From: Leucoraja erinacea
Lineage: Eukaryota
Assembly (NCBI RefSeq): GCF_028641065.1
Contig: NC_073404.1
Coordinates: forward strand, 13,392,001 to 13,456,000
Reading direction: 5' to 3'
Length of the DNA: 64,000 bases
The stretch's first letter is position 1. Each line of letters opens with the position of its first letter. Shown one piece after another: positions 60,565 to 64,000 of the stretch. Below the pieces are notes generated by a model. The model did not search any database, was not told where the DNA came from, and saw only the letters and a program-made list of their open reading frames with translations. The position numbers were made by a program, and so were the translations under genes.

Positions 60565-61085
60565 GGCAGCCCCGGCGGTGGGGGTGGGTCAGGGCTCGAC
60601 TGCCCCACCCTCCCGCACCGAAGTCTTGATCGCTATCGTGGCCTGGAGGGAGCCTGGTGGAAGGAGGCTGAGTGATTTGGCAATTGTGTCCCTGTGAGGG
60701 TCCCTGGCTGTGAACTGTGACCCTTGGAGTGATCCTGGCCATGAACTGTGACCCTGGCCTTCTACTATGATTTGGGGAGTGATCCTGGCCATCCTGTGCG
60801 ACCCTGTCTGCGGCCTATGACCCTGAGAATGTTTCTTGCCTTGAACTGTGACCCTGGCCAAGAACTGGGATTCTACGAGTGATACTGGCCATGCTGTGCG
60901 GCCTTGAACTGTGAGCCTGTGGGTGACCCTGGCTCTGAACTGGCATGTTGCTGGTCATCGTGCTGTTGGGAGTGGGTCTGTGACCCACCGCCAGTGAGCG
61001 TCCCGCCACACACTTGATGTGGTCGGGCTGACTGTCAGAGTCTGACTCTGCCGTGTTACGTTGTGTAAAACTGTGTGAAAGCTGG

Positions 61086-61091
61086 AATAAA
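61086..61091 (+). terminator. Likely polyadenylation signal of the kinase gene
   Basis: AATAAA ~520 nt after the stop codon. Confidence 0.55.
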
Positions 61092-62234
61092 ACACAAATC
61101 TGACTGATTTATTCTCTTGTCAGCTGGTCTGATGTTACTGCTATGAAAACAACAACTTGCATTAGTATCGTGATTGCAACAGAATGACCAAATGTTTTTG
61201 CCAGCAGTGTGCTCAGGGAGAAATTTCAATGTACATTCCATACTCCAGCACAGGAGGCCATTCAGCCCATGCTGTCTGTTAACAGAGCAATCCTCACTTC
61301 CCTTTATCATAAGACATAGAAAGAGTACAGTACATTAGGGAACAGGCCGTTCAGCTCACTTTGTCCAATCCACACATGCCAACATAAACTAATCTCCTCT
61401 AACTGCACGTGATCCCTATCCTCCATTCTCTGCATTTCCATGTGCCTAACCAAAGGCCTCTTAAATGTCACTATTGTACCTGCTGCCACCACCATTACCA
61501 GCAGGCACCCACTAATTTTTGGCTTAAAAACTTACCCCACACATCTCCTTTAAACTTTCTCCCTCTCCATTTAAAGCTATACCCTTCAGTATTTTATATC
61601 ATTATCCATCATTAATCTATTGACTGGATGACATTGTTTCAACAGCTTCTTCGCTCGACAGTCCTGGCCCCACTCGATGAGTGTTATTCCTGTTGTCATG
61701 GGCCATGTCTTCATGGTCTTCCCTTCCACCACCCATTCTGCAACTTAAAATTTCTCTCTCCTTCCCAGTCTGGGTGAAGGGGTTTTGACCCAAAACGTTC
61801 TCTTTCTGCAGATGCAACCTGACCCTGTGAGCATTTTCAGCGTTTTTGTTATTATTTGGTAATAACAGATAGGGCTGAAGGAGACTGACAGGATGGGTGA
61901 GTGGGTAATGTGTGAGCGGGTTCAGGGTGGGGCTGCTATGTACTCCCCATGCATGGACTCGAGGTTCTCAATACCACCCCCAGTACCTCACGACTTGAAC
62001 AGACATGGGGCAGTGATTCCCAGTGGTCAGTTGCCCCTCAGGTTCCTGGCGTGGGGGAGGGGTGCAGAGAACGAAATGGGACCCAGTGGGAGGGGGGGCG
62101 AAGAAGGGATGAGTACTTTTTGTAACGTTGTCGGCAACTCTTTTGTGCACTTTGTATGCATAAACAAAGAATTTCACTGCACCTAGCAAGGTACAAATGA
62201 TGAGAAAGTACCATCATGATCCCATAGATAGGCA

Positions 62235-62570
62235 AAGAGTGGATGTGGAAAGGATGTTTCCACTGGTGGGAGAGTCTAGGTCATAGCCTCAGAATTAAAG
62301 GGCGCTCTTTTAGAAAAGATGTGAGGAGGAACTTCTTTAGTCAGACGGTAGTCCATCTGTGGAACTCATTGCCACAGAGGGCTGTGGAGGCCAAGTCAGT
62401 GGATATTTTTATGGCAGAGATAGACAAATTCTTGATTAGAACGGGTGTCAAGGATTATGGGGAGAAGGCAGTAAAATGGGATTAGGAGGCAGAGATCAGC
62501 CATGATTGAATGGCAGATGGACATCTATGGGCCAAATGACCTAATTCTACTCCTATAACTTGTGACCTTG
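62235..62570 (+). mobile_element. CR1/HER1-like LINE 3' end
   Basis: GHSLRIKGRSFRKDVRRNFFSQTVVHLWNSLPQRAVEAKS plus tail. Confidence 0.85.
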
Positions 62571-62919
62571 TGAATTCCATTCCAAACTGTATGGAGTTTG
62601 TACTTTCTCCCTATGACCGTGTGGGTTTTCTCCTGGTGCACCGGTTTACTCCCACACTCCGAAGACATAGAGATTAATTGGCTATAGACACAAAATGCTG
62701 CAGTAACTCAGCGGAACAGGAAGCATCTCTGGATGGAAGGAAAGGGTGACATTTCGGGTCGAGACTGCACCCATTCCTTCTATCCAGTGATGCTACCTGT
62801 TCTGATTCAGATTCAATTTTAATTGTCATTGTCAGTGTACAGTACAGAGACAACGAAATGCATTTAGCATCTCCCTTGAAGAGCGACATAGCAAACGATT
62901 TGAATAAAAAATAATAAGT

Positions 62920-63525
62920 GCCATAAGTTGCCATACCATACTGTGATGCAGTTGGTAAGGATGCTCTCGATGGTGCAGCGGTAGAAGTTCACCAGGATCT
63001 GAGGAGACAGATGGACCTTCTTCAGTCTCCTCAGGAAGAAGAGACGCTGATGAGCCTTCTTGATCAGAGTAGAGGTATTGTGGGTCCAAGAGAGGTCATC
63101 GGAGATGTTGACTCCCAGGAATCTGAAGCTAGAAACACGTTCCACCTCCGTCCCGTTAATGTGGATGGGGGTGTGCGTGCCGCCTCTGGACTTCCTGAAG
63201 TCTACAATGAGCTCCTTGGTCTTCTTGGAGTTAAGGGCCAGGTTGTTGTCAGCGCACCATGCTGCTAAGTGCTGGACCTCCTCCCTGTAGGCCAGCTCAT
63301 CGTTGTTGCTGATGAGGCCAATCACCGTTGTAGCATCTGCATACTTGATGATGGTGTTAGTACCATGTACAGGTGTGCAGTCATAGGTGAAGAGGGAGTA
63401 GAGGAGGGGGCTCAGCACACAGCCCTGAGGAACGCTGGTGTTCAGGGTGAGGGTTGAAGAGGTGTGCTTGTCTAACCTCACAGACTGGGGTCTGTTGGTT
63501 AGAAAGTCCAGTATCCAGTTGCAGA
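62920..63525 (-). mobile_element. Rex1/Babar-type LINE reverse-transcriptase fragment
   Basis: [23 protein letters not shown]...[12 protein letters not shown]...[11 protein letters not shown]...[13 protein letters not shown]. Confidence 0.88.
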
Positions 63526-64000
63526 GGGAGGGACTCTGCTGAGTTACTTCAGCATTTTGTGTCTATCTTCTGCAACGTGTCCCAAGTGTGTCGGATAACG
63601 CTGGTTGGAATGGACTCGGTGGGCCGAAGGGCCTGTTTCCACATGGCATCTCGAAGTCTAAAGACTCCATTCGTGCAGGCAGCGGTGAGAATCATCATCG
63701 ATGTCCACCTTCACTAAGAGGTGGTTTTGGAGATCTTATAATTGTCCATGTTTCACAAGGTCCCACTGTGAATTTCTACAGTTCAGTGTGTGAACTGTAG
63801 AAGGGTCTCGACCCGAAACGTCATCCGTTCCTTCTCTCCAGAGATGCTGCCTGTCCCACTGAGTTACTCCAGCACGTTGTGTCTATCTACAGTCAGATAG
63901 CCGAGTTGTTCAGCAGGGGCAGGCTGCCTTTGGTCTTGTGGATGTCGAGTGAAAGGCCCATTCTTCTCGTGCAATTAACGAGCGAGCGATATCTGGGAGC

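Overview
Vertebrate genomic DNA, most likely a cartilaginous fish such as a skate or ray. This is inferred from abundant V-SINE/HE1-like SINEs and CR1/HER1-like LINE tails. The minus strand carries the conserved cluster WDR81 (10 coding exons, 39337->24404, ~1889 aa), then SERPINF2/alpha-2-antiplasmin (7 clear coding exons, 17290->8113, ~633 aa), then the first coding exon of a probable SERPINF1/PEDF (747->673, running off the window). On the plus strand, divergent from WDR81, is a complete 12-exon gene (50956->60564, ~458 aa) for a single-pass receptor-tyrosine-kinase-like protein with STYK1-like architecture and DFG replaced by EFS. All exon junctions were read by hand and are GT-AG and phase-consistent. 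The most unusual items are a ~150-aa His/Asp/Gly/Pro tandem repeat (HRG-like) inside alpha-2-antiplasmin, the orphan putative pseudokinase, minimal hammerhead-ribozyme cores in Penelope-like repeats, a ~390-bp intronic palindrome, and CLEAR-like boxes upstream of WDR81. The window also holds a defective Tc1 element, a MITE, CR1/L2/Rex-Babar/Tx1 fragments, minisatellites and two N gaps. Gene names come from recalled protein similarity and synteny; no database search was run.
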